DNA of 64,000 nucleotides from an uncultured Gemmatimonadales bacterium (GCA_963707505.1 CAVPQB010000002.1:64001-128000); one strand, 5' to 3'; counted from the first letter of the stretch, positions 1-10,049 are shown. Numbers and translations are program-made. Notes: generated by a model from the sequence alone, not told the origin.

Positions 1-2
1 AC

Positions 3-983
3 CTCATCGCATTTGATGGGGCCGGAAACATCCGTTGGTACCATGACTGTGGCCCGTCGTACGTGCAGGAAGCGAAGCAGCAGACCAACGGCGACATGAC
101 CGTGTACGTGGGCAATTCGAGGGGAGGCGATCCCGACCCTGGTGCATTCGTCGAGATCACACCAAAAGGCGACTCGGTAAGGAGTATCACCGCAACGGGC
201 AGTGAGTACACCGACGGTCACGAGCTGATCGTCACAAGCGACGCAAGCGGAGCGCATACCGCGGACTATCTGTATGGATACGACATCCGCGATGTCGATC
301 AGTCAGCGTATGGCGGAGGCACCGATGACCAGATTGCGGGGCATCAACTCATTCGGATCAGCGCAACCGGCGCGGTCGACACGCTCATGCAGGGATGGGC
401 ATACTGGACCCCTACCGATAAGGTCGATCCTCCCCTCGACGACCAGTCCATCGACCATCCCAACGCCATCGATTTCGACCTTGACGGCGGTATCATAGCG
501 TCGTTTCGCAACCTCGGTGCGATCGTAAAGATCGATCCGAACACACACAAGGTCCTCTGGCAACTCGGCGGCGCGCGCAATCAATTCACGTTTATCAACG
601 ATCCGCTAAACGGGTTCAGCGGGCAACATTCAGTGCGTGTGTTACCGAACGGCCATTTCCTCGTGTTCGACAACGGCGTGTCCAATACACCCGGAGTGTC
701 GCGGGCCGTCGAATACGCTGTCGATGAATCCGCGAAGACCGCGACCATGGTGTGGCAGTACCTCCCACAACCATCCGTGTTCAATCAGTTCACCGGATCG
801 GTGCAGCGACTTGCGAGCGGTAATACGGTAGTCGCGTGGACCAACTTCGGCCTTATCGACGAAGTCGCCCCAAGCGGCGCGCTCGTGAATCGTATGCAGC
901 TCAACTCCGCACCCGGCGTCGCCGCTACCGCAGCGTATCGGGCAATTCGTATCGACAACCTGTATCGATACGTCAAACCATGA
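3..983 (+). CDS. Aryl-sulfate sulfotransferase (ASST)-like beta-propeller, 5' partial
   Basis: Frame is open from the window start. ASST-like motifs DHPNAID, FSGQHSVR, LVFDNG, SRAVEY, GSVQRLASGNT. Confidence 0.75.
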   Translation, partial: LIAFDGAGNIRWYHDCGPSYVQEAKQQTNGDMTVYVGNSRGGDPDPGAFVEITPKGDSVRSITATGSEYTDGHELIVTSDASGAHTADYLYGYDIRDVDQSAYGGGTDDQIAGHQLIRISATGAVDTLMQGWAYWTPTDKVDPPLDDQSIDHPNAIDFDLDGGIIASFRNLGAIVKIDPNTHKVLWQLGGARNQFTFINDPLNGFSGQHSVRVLPNGHFLVFDNGVSNTPGVSRAVEYAVDESAKTATMVWQYLPQPSVFNQFTGSVQRLASGNTVVAWTNFGLIDEVAPSGALVNRMQLNSAPGVAATAAYRAIRIDNLYRYVKP

Positions 984-998
984 TTGCCATGCTACCGG

Positions 999-2075
999 TC
1001 AACGAGGCGCCGGTTGTCCACCGGGATTCCAGTGCGGCACCGGGCCATCCGCCAGGATTCGCACCGCCTTCACACCAGCCATAATGACGCGCGTCATGTG
1101 ATCGAAATCGATACGTGACAGCTCATCGGACGGCTTGTGGTAGTCCGTGTGCATGTTGTAGCTGGACAGCGTGTGTGCCGGAATGCCCATCTGCGCATAT
1201 GCGATGTTGTCACTTCGCTCGAAGAAGTGCTGGTCCGGTCTCTTGTCGGCAACAATTGGCAGGCTCGCTGCCGTGAACGTGGCGCCCATCGTCGAGCGGT
1301 CGTAACCCGTCAGCCATGCGTGTCCCACTCCACCTGACAACGAGTCCGGACGACCAATCATCTCGATCTCGAGATTCGACACGATCGCCTTGAGCGCAAC
1401 CGGCGGATGCTGGATGAACCAGCGAGTACCTAACAGGCCAACTTCCTCGCCTGTCGTTGCAACGAAGAGAATGCTCCGGTGTGGCGCACGGCCCGCCGCG
1501 ATCGATCTGGCGATCTCGAGGACCGCAGTCGTGCCGGAAGCATCGTCATCGGCGCCGTTGTAGATCGAATCGCCGTCAACGGGCTTGCCAATGCCGAGGT
1601 GGTCGTAGTGAGCGTCGACGAGCACGACTTCCTGGGAGAGTGCCGGATCACTTCCGCGGATCATCCCTACCACGTTGACTCCAAGCTTGCGATGGTCGGC
1701 GGGAAAGGTGTCCAGTGCCGCGAAACTGGCCGCCAGCGTCAGCCGCTCCTGCCCGTTGGCCCGGCGCGTGATGGCGATCGGAACGCGCTGGAAATAGCCA
1801 CTATCACCCTGTGGAACCAACCCGATCGACCTCATTTGCCCAGCGATGAATGCCGCGGCCTTCGCGGAGCCCGGCGAGGCGGTCATGCGCCCTTCCATGG
1901 AGTCGTCAGCCAGCGCCGACATGACCGCCCGCACCTGCGATCCGGCCACCATATCCTGATCCTGCGCCGCTGACGTCGCTGATTGTCTTGAAACGCCAGT
2001 GGATGCACACGCAATGGCCCCGAAAATGGCCATCACGCCGGTCGTACCCAGGCATCGTTTTATCATTCTATTCAT
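999..2075 (-). CDS. M28 family Zn peptidase, probable lipoprotein
   Basis: Motifs AHYDHLG, NGADDDASG, GEEVGLLG, RSDN, HTDYHKPSD. N-terminal signal with lipobox-like AIAC. Confidence 0.9.
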   Translation of the reverse strand: MNRMIKRCLGTTGVMAIFGAIACASTGVSRQSATSAAQDQDMVAGSQVRAVMSALADDSMEGRMTASPGSAKAAAFIAGQMRSIGLVPQGDSGYFQRVPIAITRRANGQERLTLAASFAALDTFPADHRKLGVNVVGMIRGSDPALSQEVVLVDAHYDHLGIGKPVDGDSIYNGADDDASGTTAVLEIARSIAAGRAPHRSILFVATTGEEVGLLGTRWFIQHPPVALKAIVSNLEIEMIGRPDSLSGGVGHAWLTGYDRSTMGATFTAASLPIVADKRPDQHFFERSDNIAYAQMGIPAHTLSSYNMHTDYHKPSDELSRIDFDHMTRVIMAGVKAVRILADGPVPHWNPGGQPAPR

Positions 2076-2165
2076 CTACTGATGTCTCACTCGAATGAAA
2101 TTCCGCTGTAACAGGAACAGATCCAGTCACAAACGCGGTGGAATTGTCGTGCATATTGGTCATCA

Positions 2166-2888
2166 ATGCAACGTGCTACAGTTAAGGCGAGCGCCAAGCT
2201 CGGACTTCTTGTCGTCATACTGGCAGCGACTTTCATCGTCGCGCGCCATCTTGGGCTGTCGCACGGGGGGATGATCAAATTCGCCCAGCGTGCGCGGGCG
2301 CTGCGCGATGCCCCGTACGCTGTGCCGCTCTTCCTTCTCGTTTATGCAGTCGCCGGCACACTGGGCGTGCCCGGCTCAGTCCTTACGCTTACGGGCGGAG
2401 CAGTGTTCGGCTTCGAGCTGGGCACGCTCCTCAACTGGATCGGGGCCTCGATCGCCGCGATCGGTGGCTACTGGCTCGCGAGGTTGCTCGGCAAGGATGC
2501 CGTCGAGCGACTCGGCGGGAGAAAGATCTACGCCCTCGAAAAGCTGGCCGATGCTCACGCTTTTTCTACGGTCCTCCGGCTGCGGCTGATACCCGTGCTG
2601 CCGTTCAACGCCCTGAATTTCGCCTGCGGCCTCGTCGGGCTCGATTTCGCGTCGTATGTCGCTGGCACAATGATCGGGGACTTGCCGGTGACAGCCGCCT
2701 ACACCTACTTCGCCGACGCCTTGCTGTCCGGCGTGGCCGGCGCCCGGCGCACTGCATTGTTCCACGCGTCAATCGCCGGTGCACTTCTGATCGCTCCTCT
2801 CCTTCGTCCCCGGGCTGATCAAACGGGCGAGGGAACGCCGGGCGAAAGAAATCCGCGAGAAAGAAAGTCAAGCTTGACACGCAGTTGA
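2166..2888 (+). CDS. TVP38/TMEM64 (VTT/DedA-like) membrane protein; probable +1 indel near 2797 alters the C-terminus
   Basis: Motifs PGSVLTLTGGAVFG and LRLIPVLPFNALNFACGL. An alternative frame continues LSFVPGLIKRARERRAKE to a stop at 2877. Confidence 0.85.
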   Translation: MQRATVKASAKLGLLVVILAATFIVARHLGLSHGGMIKFAQRARALRDAPYAVPLFLLVYAVAGTLGVPGSVLTLTGGAVFGFELGTLLNWIGASIAAIGGYWLARLLGKDAVERLGGRKIYALEKLADAHAFSTVLRLRLIPVLPFNALNFACGLVGLDFASYVAGTMIGDLPVTAAYTYFADALLSGVAGARRTALFHASIAGALLIAPLLRPRADQTGEGTPGERNPRERKSSLTRS

Positions 2889-2920
2889 GTGAGATATAGT
2901 GTATTAGGCAACTGGTACAC
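2874..2920 (+). promoter_or_regulatory. Sigma70-like promoter overlapped by a YtrA/GntR-type operator
   Basis: TTGACA (2874-2879), N17, TAGTGT. Imperfect palindrome GTGTAttAG-gcaa-CTggTACAC (2899-2920) directly upstream of the GntR gene. Confidence 0.65.
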
Positions 2921-2935
2921 CATAACACCCTTGTT

Positions 2936-3322
2936 ATGCTAATCTCGCTGGATCCACAAGACACCAGGCCCATCTACATCCAGATCGTGGATGAGGTACG
3001 ACGTGCGCTCGTTCTCGGCACGCTGGCGCCGGACGGCCCTCTCCCATCGGTCAGGGATCTCGCTGTCAAGCTGCGAGTCAATCCGAACACCGTGAGCCAG
3101 GCTTATCGTGAGCTCGAGCGGCAGGGGATGGTTTACGTGCGCCGAGGACAGGGGACGTATGCGTCACCAGGTCAGACGGATGGAGCGGAGCGTCGCGCAC
3201 TGGCTCGAGGGGTTGCGCAGCGAGCCCTGCATGACGCAAGACGCAACGGGCTTGGAGTGGATGAGCTCGTCGACGCAATCCGAAGCTACGAAGGCCAACG
3301 CAAGCACGAGGAACCACTATGA
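2936..3322 (+). CDS. GntR family (YtrA subfamily) transcriptional regulator
   Basis: PIYIQI...LPSVRDLA...VNPNTVSQAYRELE...RRGQGT. Short C-terminal domain; sits ahead of ABC genes. Confidence 0.92.
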   Translation: MLISLDPQDTRPIYIQIVDEVRRALVLGTLAPDGPLPSVRDLAVKLRVNPNTVSQAYRELERQGMVYVRRGQGTYASPGQTDGAERRALARGVAQRALHDARRNGLGVDELVDAIRSYEGQRKHEEPL

Positions 3323-4242
3323 CGAGCTCCCTACCAACGCGACTCCGCGACGGCGAGCTCGCCGTCGATACGCGAGGACTCACCAAGCGATTCGGTGATC
3401 AGGTCGCACTGAACGACGTGACGCTGCAGGTTCCGACAGGTGCTGTCTATCTGCTAGTTGGACCGAATGGCGCGGGCAAGAGCACGACGCTCAAGGTGCT
3501 GCTCGATCTGGTGCGCGCCGAGCAGGGAGCCGCCGAGGTGTTCGGACTGGACACGCGGGAACGTGCGCCGGAAGTACGCGCGAACGTCGGCTACGTGCCG
3601 GAGCGTCCCGATTGGGGATATGGATGGATGCGCGTCGGTCGTCTGCTGGGGCATCATGCGCTGTACTATCCAACATGGGACGCGAGCTACGCCGCAAGGC
3701 TCGCGCAGAAGTTCGAGCTGCGCCTGGACCGGAAGATGGGAGTGTTGTCCAAGGGACAGGCACGTCGCGTTCATCTCACCATGGCGCTCGCGCATCGTCC
3801 GCCGCTTCTACTGCTCGATGAGCCGACCGACGGTCTCGATCCATTCATGCGCGACGAGACGCTCGGCGTAATCGCCGACCATCTTGCGGAATCTCCAACG
3901 ACGGTCGTGCTCTCGACGCATCACGTGGAAGAAGTCGAGGGGTTGGCGGATCACATCGGTGTGCTGCGCAACGGCGAGCTACGCGCGCAGATGTCGCGCG
4001 ATGATCTCAACGCCAACCTGCGCCGATACCGTGTGGAAGTGCCCGATGGATGGAGTGGCGTCGCGTCGCTCAATGGTACCGTGCTTCGTCGCGTCACAGC
4101 GCCGCGCGAGGTCCAGTGGACTGTGTGGGGACAGGAAGCCGAGATAGTTCAGAAACTGTCCGGCTCGGGAGGAACAGTACGCGAAGTCGTGCCGCTTTCA
4201 CTGATCGACGCAACGCTCGCTCTTCTCAACCCGAACGACTGA
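3319..4242 (+). CDS. ABC-2 type ATP-binding protein (YtrB-like)
   Basis: Walker A GPNGAGKST, signature LSKGQ, Walker B LLLLDEPT. ATGA overlap with the GntR gene. Confidence 0.92.
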   Translation: MTSSLPTRLRDGELAVDTRGLTKRFGDQVALNDVTLQVPTGAVYLLVGPNGAGKSTTLKVLLDLVRAEQGAAEVFGLDTRERAPEVRANVGYVPERPDWGYGWMRVGRLLGHHALYYPTWDASYAARLAQKFELRLDRKMGVLSKGQARRVHLTMALAHRPPLLLLDEPTDGLDPFMRDETLGVIADHLAESPTTVVLSTHHVEEVEGLADHIGVLRNGELRAQMSRDDLNANLRRYRVEVPDGWSGVASLNGTVLRRVTAPREVQWTVWGQEAEIVQKLSGSGGTVREVVPLSLIDATLALLNPND

Positions 4243-4248
4243 CATACG

Positions 4249-5070
4249 ATGACATCCACATCATTGCATCCAACGCCATCGTCGCGGACCGTGGCGACCG
4301 AGCAGTTCCGCGCCGTGGGATTGGCTCTGCGGACGGAGATGATCTTCTTCATCTGTGTGCTGATCCTTTTATCCGTGTTGATAATCGGCAACACGATCCA
4401 CGGAGTACAGGCTCATCCGGCCGGACACTGGCATACGGGCTTCACTTATGGCGCGCCGGTCGCGGTTCCGATATTCCTGATCGCGTTGCTCATTCCATTC
4501 GGTGTCTGGCGGGCTGAAGATCCATCACGGCGTGCATACCACTGGTCAATGCCGGTGGCGAGAGGGCCACACACCATCGCAAAAGTATTTGCGGGCTGGG
4601 CGTGGATGATGATTGCGGCAGCAGTCTATCTCGCGTTCGTGATCGCACTGGCGATGATAGTGCCGAAGATTACGGGAGAGGCAGTCCGTCTGGGTGACAC
4701 GGCTGGATGGGAGTGGGTCGTTGCATTCACTGCACCGACACTTGGATATCTACTCACATCGATCGCTGTAATCGGCAGCGATCACGCGTGGCGCTGGATC
4801 GGTGGCCTGTATGTCGGCTACTGGGTGCTCATTGGCTGCCTATCCGCATTCGGGATGCAGGACGCCGGTCACGCGGTACGGACGATCACTGACGGAGCCT
4901 ACGGGCTGAACGCCGCAATGATCGGCGCCGCGCGTGACGCGGCTAGTGCGTCATCGGGACGCATGGTAGTTCGCGGGTTGAGCATGAGCAACTGGTTGAT
5001 CGCGATGCCGCTATGGATCGTCGCCTCGGCGATAGGAGTCACGATAGCATCATATCGCCATCGCGAGTAA
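4249..5070 (+). CDS. ABC transporter permease (about 6 TM)
   Basis: Multiple hydrophobic helices. Follows the ATPase in the operon. Confidence 0.75.
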   Translation: MTSTSLHPTPSSRTVATEQFRAVGLALRTEMIFFICVLILLSVLIIGNTIHGVQAHPAGHWHTGFTYGAPVAVPIFLIALLIPFGVWRAEDPSRRAYHWSMPVARGPHTIAKVFAGWAWMMIAAAVYLAFVIALAMIVPKITGEAVRLGDTAGWEWVVAFTAPTLGYLLTSIAVIGSDHAWRWIGGLYVGYWVLIGCLSAFGMQDAGHAVRTITDGAYGLNAAMIGAARDAASASSGRMVVRGLSMSNWLIAMPLWIVASAIGVTIASYRHRE

Positions 5071-5081
5071 TCGCGACGTGG

Positions 5082-5474
5082 CTATACAACCAGTTCGGCG
5101 AACAACGCGTCCAGCTCGGCATTGACGTCGGCGGTGACGCCCTCGTGCACGGGACCACTCTGAATCACGTCAGAGCGCGGAGCGGTCAGCCAGTGGAATC
5201 GCTCGGATGGAGACCCGAAGGCGAGTGTCCCGCCTTCGCCCTCGGAATTGCACACTGCTCTGTACGTCATCAGGTAGCGCATCAACAACTCGACGTCCAC
5301 GTGCGGCGCGCGCGCAGACAGCGCCGCACGCTCAACCAGTACACGCATTCCGACGAACTCAACGGTTGGCGCGTGCAAGATGACGCCGACCGGTACCGAC
5401 GACCCGATGTGAACGTGCGGCACGACACGGAGCACGGCGAAGTTGTACGGGATGGTGCGCGCAGGGGTCGTCAT
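5082..5474 (-). CDS. DUF3037 domain protein
   Basis: YNFAVLRVVPH...VGVIL...SERFHWLTAPRSDVIQSGPVHEG. ATG at 5474, just downstream of the kinase gene. Confidence 0.85.
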   Translation of the reverse strand: MTTPARTIPYNFAVLRVVPHVHIGSSVPVGVILHAPTVEFVGMRVLVERAALSARAPHVDVELLMRYLMTYRAVCNSEGEGGTLAFGSPSERFHWLTAPRSDVIQSGPVHEGVTADVNAELDALFAELVV

Positions 5475-5481
5475 CTGCCCA

Positions 5482-6324
5482 TCACCTGCGCGCGGTGCGT
5501 TGACGCGGCACGTCGGTGAGCCGCTCGGCTCGCATTCTGCTGGCGGTCTCCGCAAACGCGCGCGGTGCGGCGAGACGCGTCGTGAGATATTCGACGTAAC
5601 GTGCGCGCGCCGCAGCAGTGGTATCTCCGTCAGCCCTGTACGCCTCGTCTTCCAGCAAACCGTCAGGAATGCGAGCGATGATGTCTCTCAATACATCTCC
5701 GCCGAGCATCGCCGCCATCTCAGCATCCACGGCGCTCACGTCGGCCGCGTGCGTCAGCAGCACGTGGTCACGAATCAAAGGGAATGGCGATTGCATGCGC
5801 GCCGTGTTCACGGATTGCCAATCATGATGGGCATAGAGCGCAGCACCATGGTCGATGAGCCACGGACTGCGCTCCCAGATCATGAGATTGGTGTTGCGTG
5901 CGGTACGATCGGGGTTCGTCAGAAACGCATCGAGCCAAACGATCCGCGTGGCAAGAGGAACGGGTATGAGCTCGCCCGCTGCGGTCGCGTCGAAGTTGAA
6001 CGCACCGTCGAGATAACGAAGGCCGACGTTGATGCCGTGACTCTTCCGCAGTACCTCGCCGATCTCCGGATCTGGCTCGCTGCGCCCAAATGTCTCCGAG
6101 ACGTGCACGAGTGCGAGCGATGGCACGGGAAGACCGAGTGCGTCGGCCAACATCCCACCGATGAGCTCGGCGACAAGAGCCTTCGCACCCTGCCCAGCCC
6201 CGCGGAACTTGACGACAAACATGCCGTCGTCCGTGTCCACTACGGCCGGAAGCGAGCCACCCTCACGTAGTGGCTGGACGTATCTCTGCGCAGCGAGAGT
6301 GGGTAATGAATTCGGGCTCGGCAT
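5482..6324 (-). CDS. HipA-like (HipA_2-type) Ser/Thr kinase
   Basis: RYVQPLREGGSLP, VVKFRGAGQG, AELIG, NPDRTARNTN, WLIDHGAAL. Usual partner of DUF3037. Confidence 0.85.
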   Translation of the reverse strand: MPSPNSLPTLAAQRYVQPLREGGSLPAVVDTDDGMFVVKFRGAGQGAKALVAELIGGMLADALGLPVPSLALVHVSETFGRSEPDPEIGEVLRKSHGINVGLRYLDGAFNFDATAAGELIPVPLATRIVWLDAFLTNPDRTARNTNLMIWERSPWLIDHGAALYAHHDWQSVNTARMQSPFPLIRDHVLLTHAADVSAVDAEMAAMLGGDVLRDIIARIPDGLLEDEAYRADGDTTAAARARYVEYLTTRLAAPRAFAETASRMRAERLTDVPRQRTARR

Positions 6325-6384
6325 TGAGGAGAATATAGCGCGCCGGGTGGTTCCGGCGCTCATATTCTCACCGGTATTGCATCG

Positions 6385-7468
6385 CTATGCGGCCACTTCG
6401 CTCGAACGGTGAGCGGCGGCGGACACACCAGCCGTCATCACCTGCGCAGAGAACCGTTCCATCTCTTCGAGCTGCGGGCTGCACTGCAGCAGTAGAAGAT
6501 CGACTCCAGCATCGGCGAATCTTCCACGCGCGTCGCGACCTGCTCGGGAGTTCCAGTCAGCCCCGCGCGAAGACCGCGATTCGACACCGAGTAATCCTCG
6601 AGGCTGACGCGCTGCTCGAGCTTCGTGTTTGCGATCCAGTCTGATAGTTCCCATAGCCGGGTGAGCCTGGTGCTACCTTCGTGATGCGCGCGATCTCCTC
6701 GCGTACTTCCGCTTCCTGTCGCGCACGATCGCATACGCGGCAACGCCGAATTGCAGCGGCGGCAGCTCGATACCGAGCGCTTCGCTCGCCTGTTCGCGCC
6801 GGCGACGCATGTCCGCGATCTTCGGCGCGATGCGCTCCGGCGGATCGCCGTGCATGACGTACGCGTCGCACTGGCGCGCGATCAGCGCTTCGCCGCCTCC
6901 GACTCGCCGCCGGCGTAGATCGTCGGACGCGGACGCTCCGCACGCGAAACGGGCTTCGGCTCGAGAACCAGATCGTCGATCGTGTAGTACTTCCCGCTAT
7001 AGTCGAGCTTCGCCTCGCGCCACGCGCGCTCACGACGTCGAGCCACTCGCTCGTGCGCGCGTAGCGATCGTCGTGCTCGTCGAATGCGACGCCGTAGCGA
7101 CGCGCTTCGTCCTTCCACCAGGCCGACACGACGTTGAGCGCGAGGCGACCGTTCGAGATGCGATCGATGTTCGCCGCCTGCTTCGCGAGAATCGCCGGCG
7201 GATGAAACGACGGACGCACGGCGACCATCAGCTCGAGCGTTCGCGTCACCGCCGCGAGTGCCGCCGCGGTCGACCACGCGTCGAGCGACGGCGCCTCGAT
7301 TCCCTTGATGTCGTTGAGCAGTAGCTCGGCGACGAGCGTGATGTCGTAGCCGATCTCTTCGCTGCGCTGCGCGAGCCGCTTGACGTAGTCCCACGACGCC
7401 TCCATGTCCTCGTCCTCGACGTTGCGCAGCCAGCCGCCGAACACCGGAAGCCAGTAGCCGTATCGCAT
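6385..7468 (-). pseudogene. Luciferase-like (LLM) flavin-dependent monooxygenase, SfnG/SsuD-like, with several frameshifts
   Basis: MRYGYWLPVFGGWLRNV...LVAELLLNDIKG...LMVAVRP...NVVSAWW. Continues in other frames: PTIYAGGES, MHGDPPE, YSVSNRGLRAGL, QCSPQLEEMERF. Confidence 0.8.
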
Positions 7469-8458
7469 CACGCCACCTCTTCCGCAACGACGCCAGCGCG
7501 CTCGGCCAGATAGTCGACAAGCCGCACGAACGGATCGAAGCCGATCACGTTCTGCGCGTCGGCGACGAAGTTCGAGAGCGCGTTGATGTCGTAGAAGTAG
7601 TGCTTGCCATCGCGATCGTCGACGAGATACTCGATGCCGCCGACGTCCAGATGCGCCGCGCGCGAGATCTCCTCGACCTGTGCGATGATCTCGCGGCGGC
7701 GTCGCCGCTTCGACACGCAGGCCGGTCTTCGGCGCATCGACCGCGCACGCGCCGCGCACGAGCTCGACGCCGTCCGTCGTCTGGCACGCGTCGGCCGGGC
7801 AGAGATCGAACGAGCCCGCCGCCGGATACACGTTGATCGCGTACAGGTATTTGCCGCCGAGCGTCTCGACGCGCGTGATGTGACCGTCGCGGAGCGGTGC
7901 CGCCTCCTGCACGAGCGCGGTGCCATCGATGCCCAGAACGACGTTCCCACTCGCGACTTCTCGCGCAGCGCTTCGGATGTCTCGTACCTCACGATGCCCG
8001 CGCCGCTACCGCCGATGTTCGCCTTCACGAGCACCGGATAGCGCAGGCCCTCGGCAGCGCGAACAGCCTGCGCTGGATTGTTGATCACGCGCGACCGCGG
8101 GTACGGCAGGCCGAGCGCCTCGAGCAGGTCGAGCTGCGACGCCTTTGACAGCTCGTAAGCGTAGCACTCGACTGCCGTTCACGACCGGAATGCCGAGCCG
8201 CTCGAGATGGCGCAGCCAGTGCAGCGTGTAGAACGTGGACTGCGCGTGGCCGCGCAGGTACGCCGACGGGCTCGCGCGATTGACGACGAGCGAATACGGT
8301 GCTGCCCGCTCGGACGGATCGAACGTGTGCGCGGCGGCGTCGAGTCGGACGTACGGAATGCCGCGTCGATCCAGCTCGGCGAAGAGCGGCCGGAACCAGT
8401 CCGGATGCTCGTGGTAGATCGCGATCGGTTTTGCTGCGAATGAATCGATGCTTGGCAT
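7468..8458 (-). pseudogene. ATP-grasp (RimK/GshB-like) ligase, with several frameshifts
   Basis: Fragments across frames: IYHEHPDWFRPLF...VNRASPSAYLRG; YPVLVKANIGGSGAGI; ITRVETLGGKYLYA; DVGGIEYL...YFYDINALSNFV. TGATG overlap with the LLM gene. Confidence 0.8.
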
Positions 8459-8540
8459 GGCGGTTGTTCCGTGAGGCCGCCAACACGATTCGGTGCACCG
8501 CCAGTGAGAGTCTCTCCAAGCACTCACCGCTGGCAACGAC

Positions 8541-8571
8541 AAAGCCCGGGCTACGTGTTGTCGCCCGGGCT
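8541..8571 (-). terminator. Hairpin plus short U-rich tail in the leader, possible riboswitch-controlled terminator
   Basis: Minus strand AGCCCGGGC-gacaacacgta-GCCCGGGCU followed by UUGUCGUU. Confidence 0.45.
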
Positions 8572-8573
8572 AT

Positions 8574-8630
8574 CTCGCGTTTTAGCTCATTTTTTTACGT
8601 GGCGGCAATTGGCGGCAAATCACCACGAAA
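8574..8630 (-). ncRNA. SAM-II (SAM_alpha)-like riboswitch
   Basis: Minus strand CGUGGUGAUUUG-CCGCCAA-UUGCCGCCACG-UAAAAAAAUGA-GCUAAAA matches the SAM-II pattern (P1 CGUGG/CCACG, UGAUUU, UUGC, GCUAAA). Lies between a promoter and sulfur-related genes. Confidence 0.75.
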
Positions 8631-8644
8631 TCAGTTGTACTCTG

Positions 8645-8673
8645 ATCGTAATCGGAACGCCGAGGCATGTCAA
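8645..8673 (-). promoter_or_regulatory. Sigma70 promoter for the riboswitch leader
   Basis: Minus strand TTGACA-N17-TACGAT, about 15 nt before the aptamer. Confidence 0.7.
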
Positions 8674-8769
8674 CACGACCGAGTTTGCATGTCGCCGAAA
8701 TTGCGTAACGGGTCGATGAGCGGACTTTACACGAGCACGAATGGTAGAGGGACTTAAAATCCCTCGTGG

Positions 8770-9027
8770 CTAATTGCCGGCGAGCACACGGTGAATGTCA
8801 CTCGCATATGCCTTTCTATACGCATCGCTGAGACGACGATCGTCGCTGTCCAGACGATTTCTGTATTCCCGCGCGGTCGTTCGGGACGAGTCGGCGGTGC
8901 TGCCGCCGCCCTTCTCCTCGATCGCACGTGCGCGGCCATACCAGTAGTCGCGCTTCTCCTCGTGCCGATTGAACTCGTCTATGACAGAATGGTCGGCGGG
9001 GAAAGCTGGATCGAGGGGGATGGGCAT
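8770..9027 (-). CDS. Small hypothetical protein (85 aa)
   Basis: ATG ORF MPIPLDPAFP...HRVLAGN filling the gap downstream of the sulfurtransferase. No family recognised. Confidence 0.35.
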   Translation of the reverse strand: MPIPLDPAFPADHSVIDEFNRHEEKRDYWYGRARAIEEKGGGSTADSSRTTAREYRNRLDSDDRRLSDAYRKAYASDIHRVLAGN

Positions 9028-9137
9028 CGAGGGCTCGGCGGAGGGATGGAAGGAGGCGGATTCGGCTCCTTCTGATTGCTCCGGACAAGCAACCGTGTTG
9101 AAAGGTACTACGTTGGCAGGGCCGTGACCCGATTCGG

Positions 9138-10049
9138 TTACGGATCCACGCCGGAAACGACCGGATAGTCGCTGTGGCGGCTCCAATCCTCGAATGAGCC
9201 ATCGTACAGGCGAACCGGGACGCCAAGCCGCCGGAGCTGCACATAATCGACGCTGGCGGTCTGTCCGATGTGGCAATAAACGACGACCGGCTTGTCGAGC
9301 GACACACCAGCGGCGGTGAATCTCGCGCGGGCCTGTTCCGGTGTGAGATAGACGTTCGTTACGCTATCGGCCAGGGTCAGGAAATAGACGTTGCGGGCGC
9401 CTGGCACGTGGCCGACCCGAGCCGCGCTGTGACCTTGCGCCGAACCGTTGTAAAACTCGGGAGCGCGTGCGTCGACGATCGTCATGTTCCCGTCCGCGAG
9501 GTGCGCTCGAACGTAGGCACCGTTCGTTACGGCGTCTTCGCGCGGTGTGATGTGAAGACTTCCGCGCGCAATCCTCGGGGCCGTCATCTCGGACGCGCCA
9601 CCGGCGGCCTTCCACGCGTCATATCCACCGTCGAGGATGTGCGTCCGATCGCCGAGTCCGATATAGTCGAGGGTAACGTAGGCTCGTGCGACCGGGCTCA
9701 GCCATCGCGACGTACTGTAAAGCACGATGGTGCTCCTGTCCGACACGCCAAGTGTCTCGAGGACCTTGCGCAGCGAATCCGCCGGAACCAGTTCCATCGT
9801 CAGAGCACCCTTGCTTCCATCGCCCGCGAAGATGGAATGAAAATCAAGCTTTCGCGCGCCTGGTATGTGACCGGATTCGTACGGATCTGGCGAGTCCATG
9901 CCAGACATCGTGAGATCGAGTATGACGAGATTCGGGTCGTCGACGTGAGCACGGAGCCACGCCGCCGTCACGACTATATCCGGCCTGGGTGACGGACGGC
10001 TGGACGGGGCGATCGCTGACAGCGATGCGAGTAGCAGGAGTCGAATCAT
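9138..10049 (-). CDS. Exported tandem-rhodanese sulfurtransferase (SseA/TST-like)
   Basis: Signal peptide MIRLLLLASLSAIA. Motifs YESGHIPGA, ILDGG, GHVPGA, active loop YCHIGQTAS, LYDGSFEDW. Confidence 0.9.
   Translation of the reverse strand: MIRLLLLASLSAIAPSSRPSPRPDIVVTAAWLRAHVDDPNLVILDLTMSGMDSPDPYESGHIPGARKLDFHSIFAGDGSKGALTMELVPADSLRKVLETLGVSDRSTIVLYSTSRWLSPVARAYVTLDYIGLGDRTHILDGGYDAWKAAGGASEMTAPRIARGSLHITPREDAVTNGAYVRAHLADGNMTIVDARAPEFYNGSAQGHSAARVGHVPGARNVYFLTLADSVTNVYLTPEQARARFTAAGVSLDKPVVVYCHIGQTASVDYVQLRRLGVPVRLYDGSFEDWSRHSDYPVVSGVDP

Noticed and set aside
5443..6270. Long antisense or alternate-frame ORFs here and elsewhere (e.g. 9270-9992, 49562-50269, 55086-55871, 59522-60328)
   Set aside because: Shadow ORFs typical of high-GC DNA, overlapping well-supported genes.
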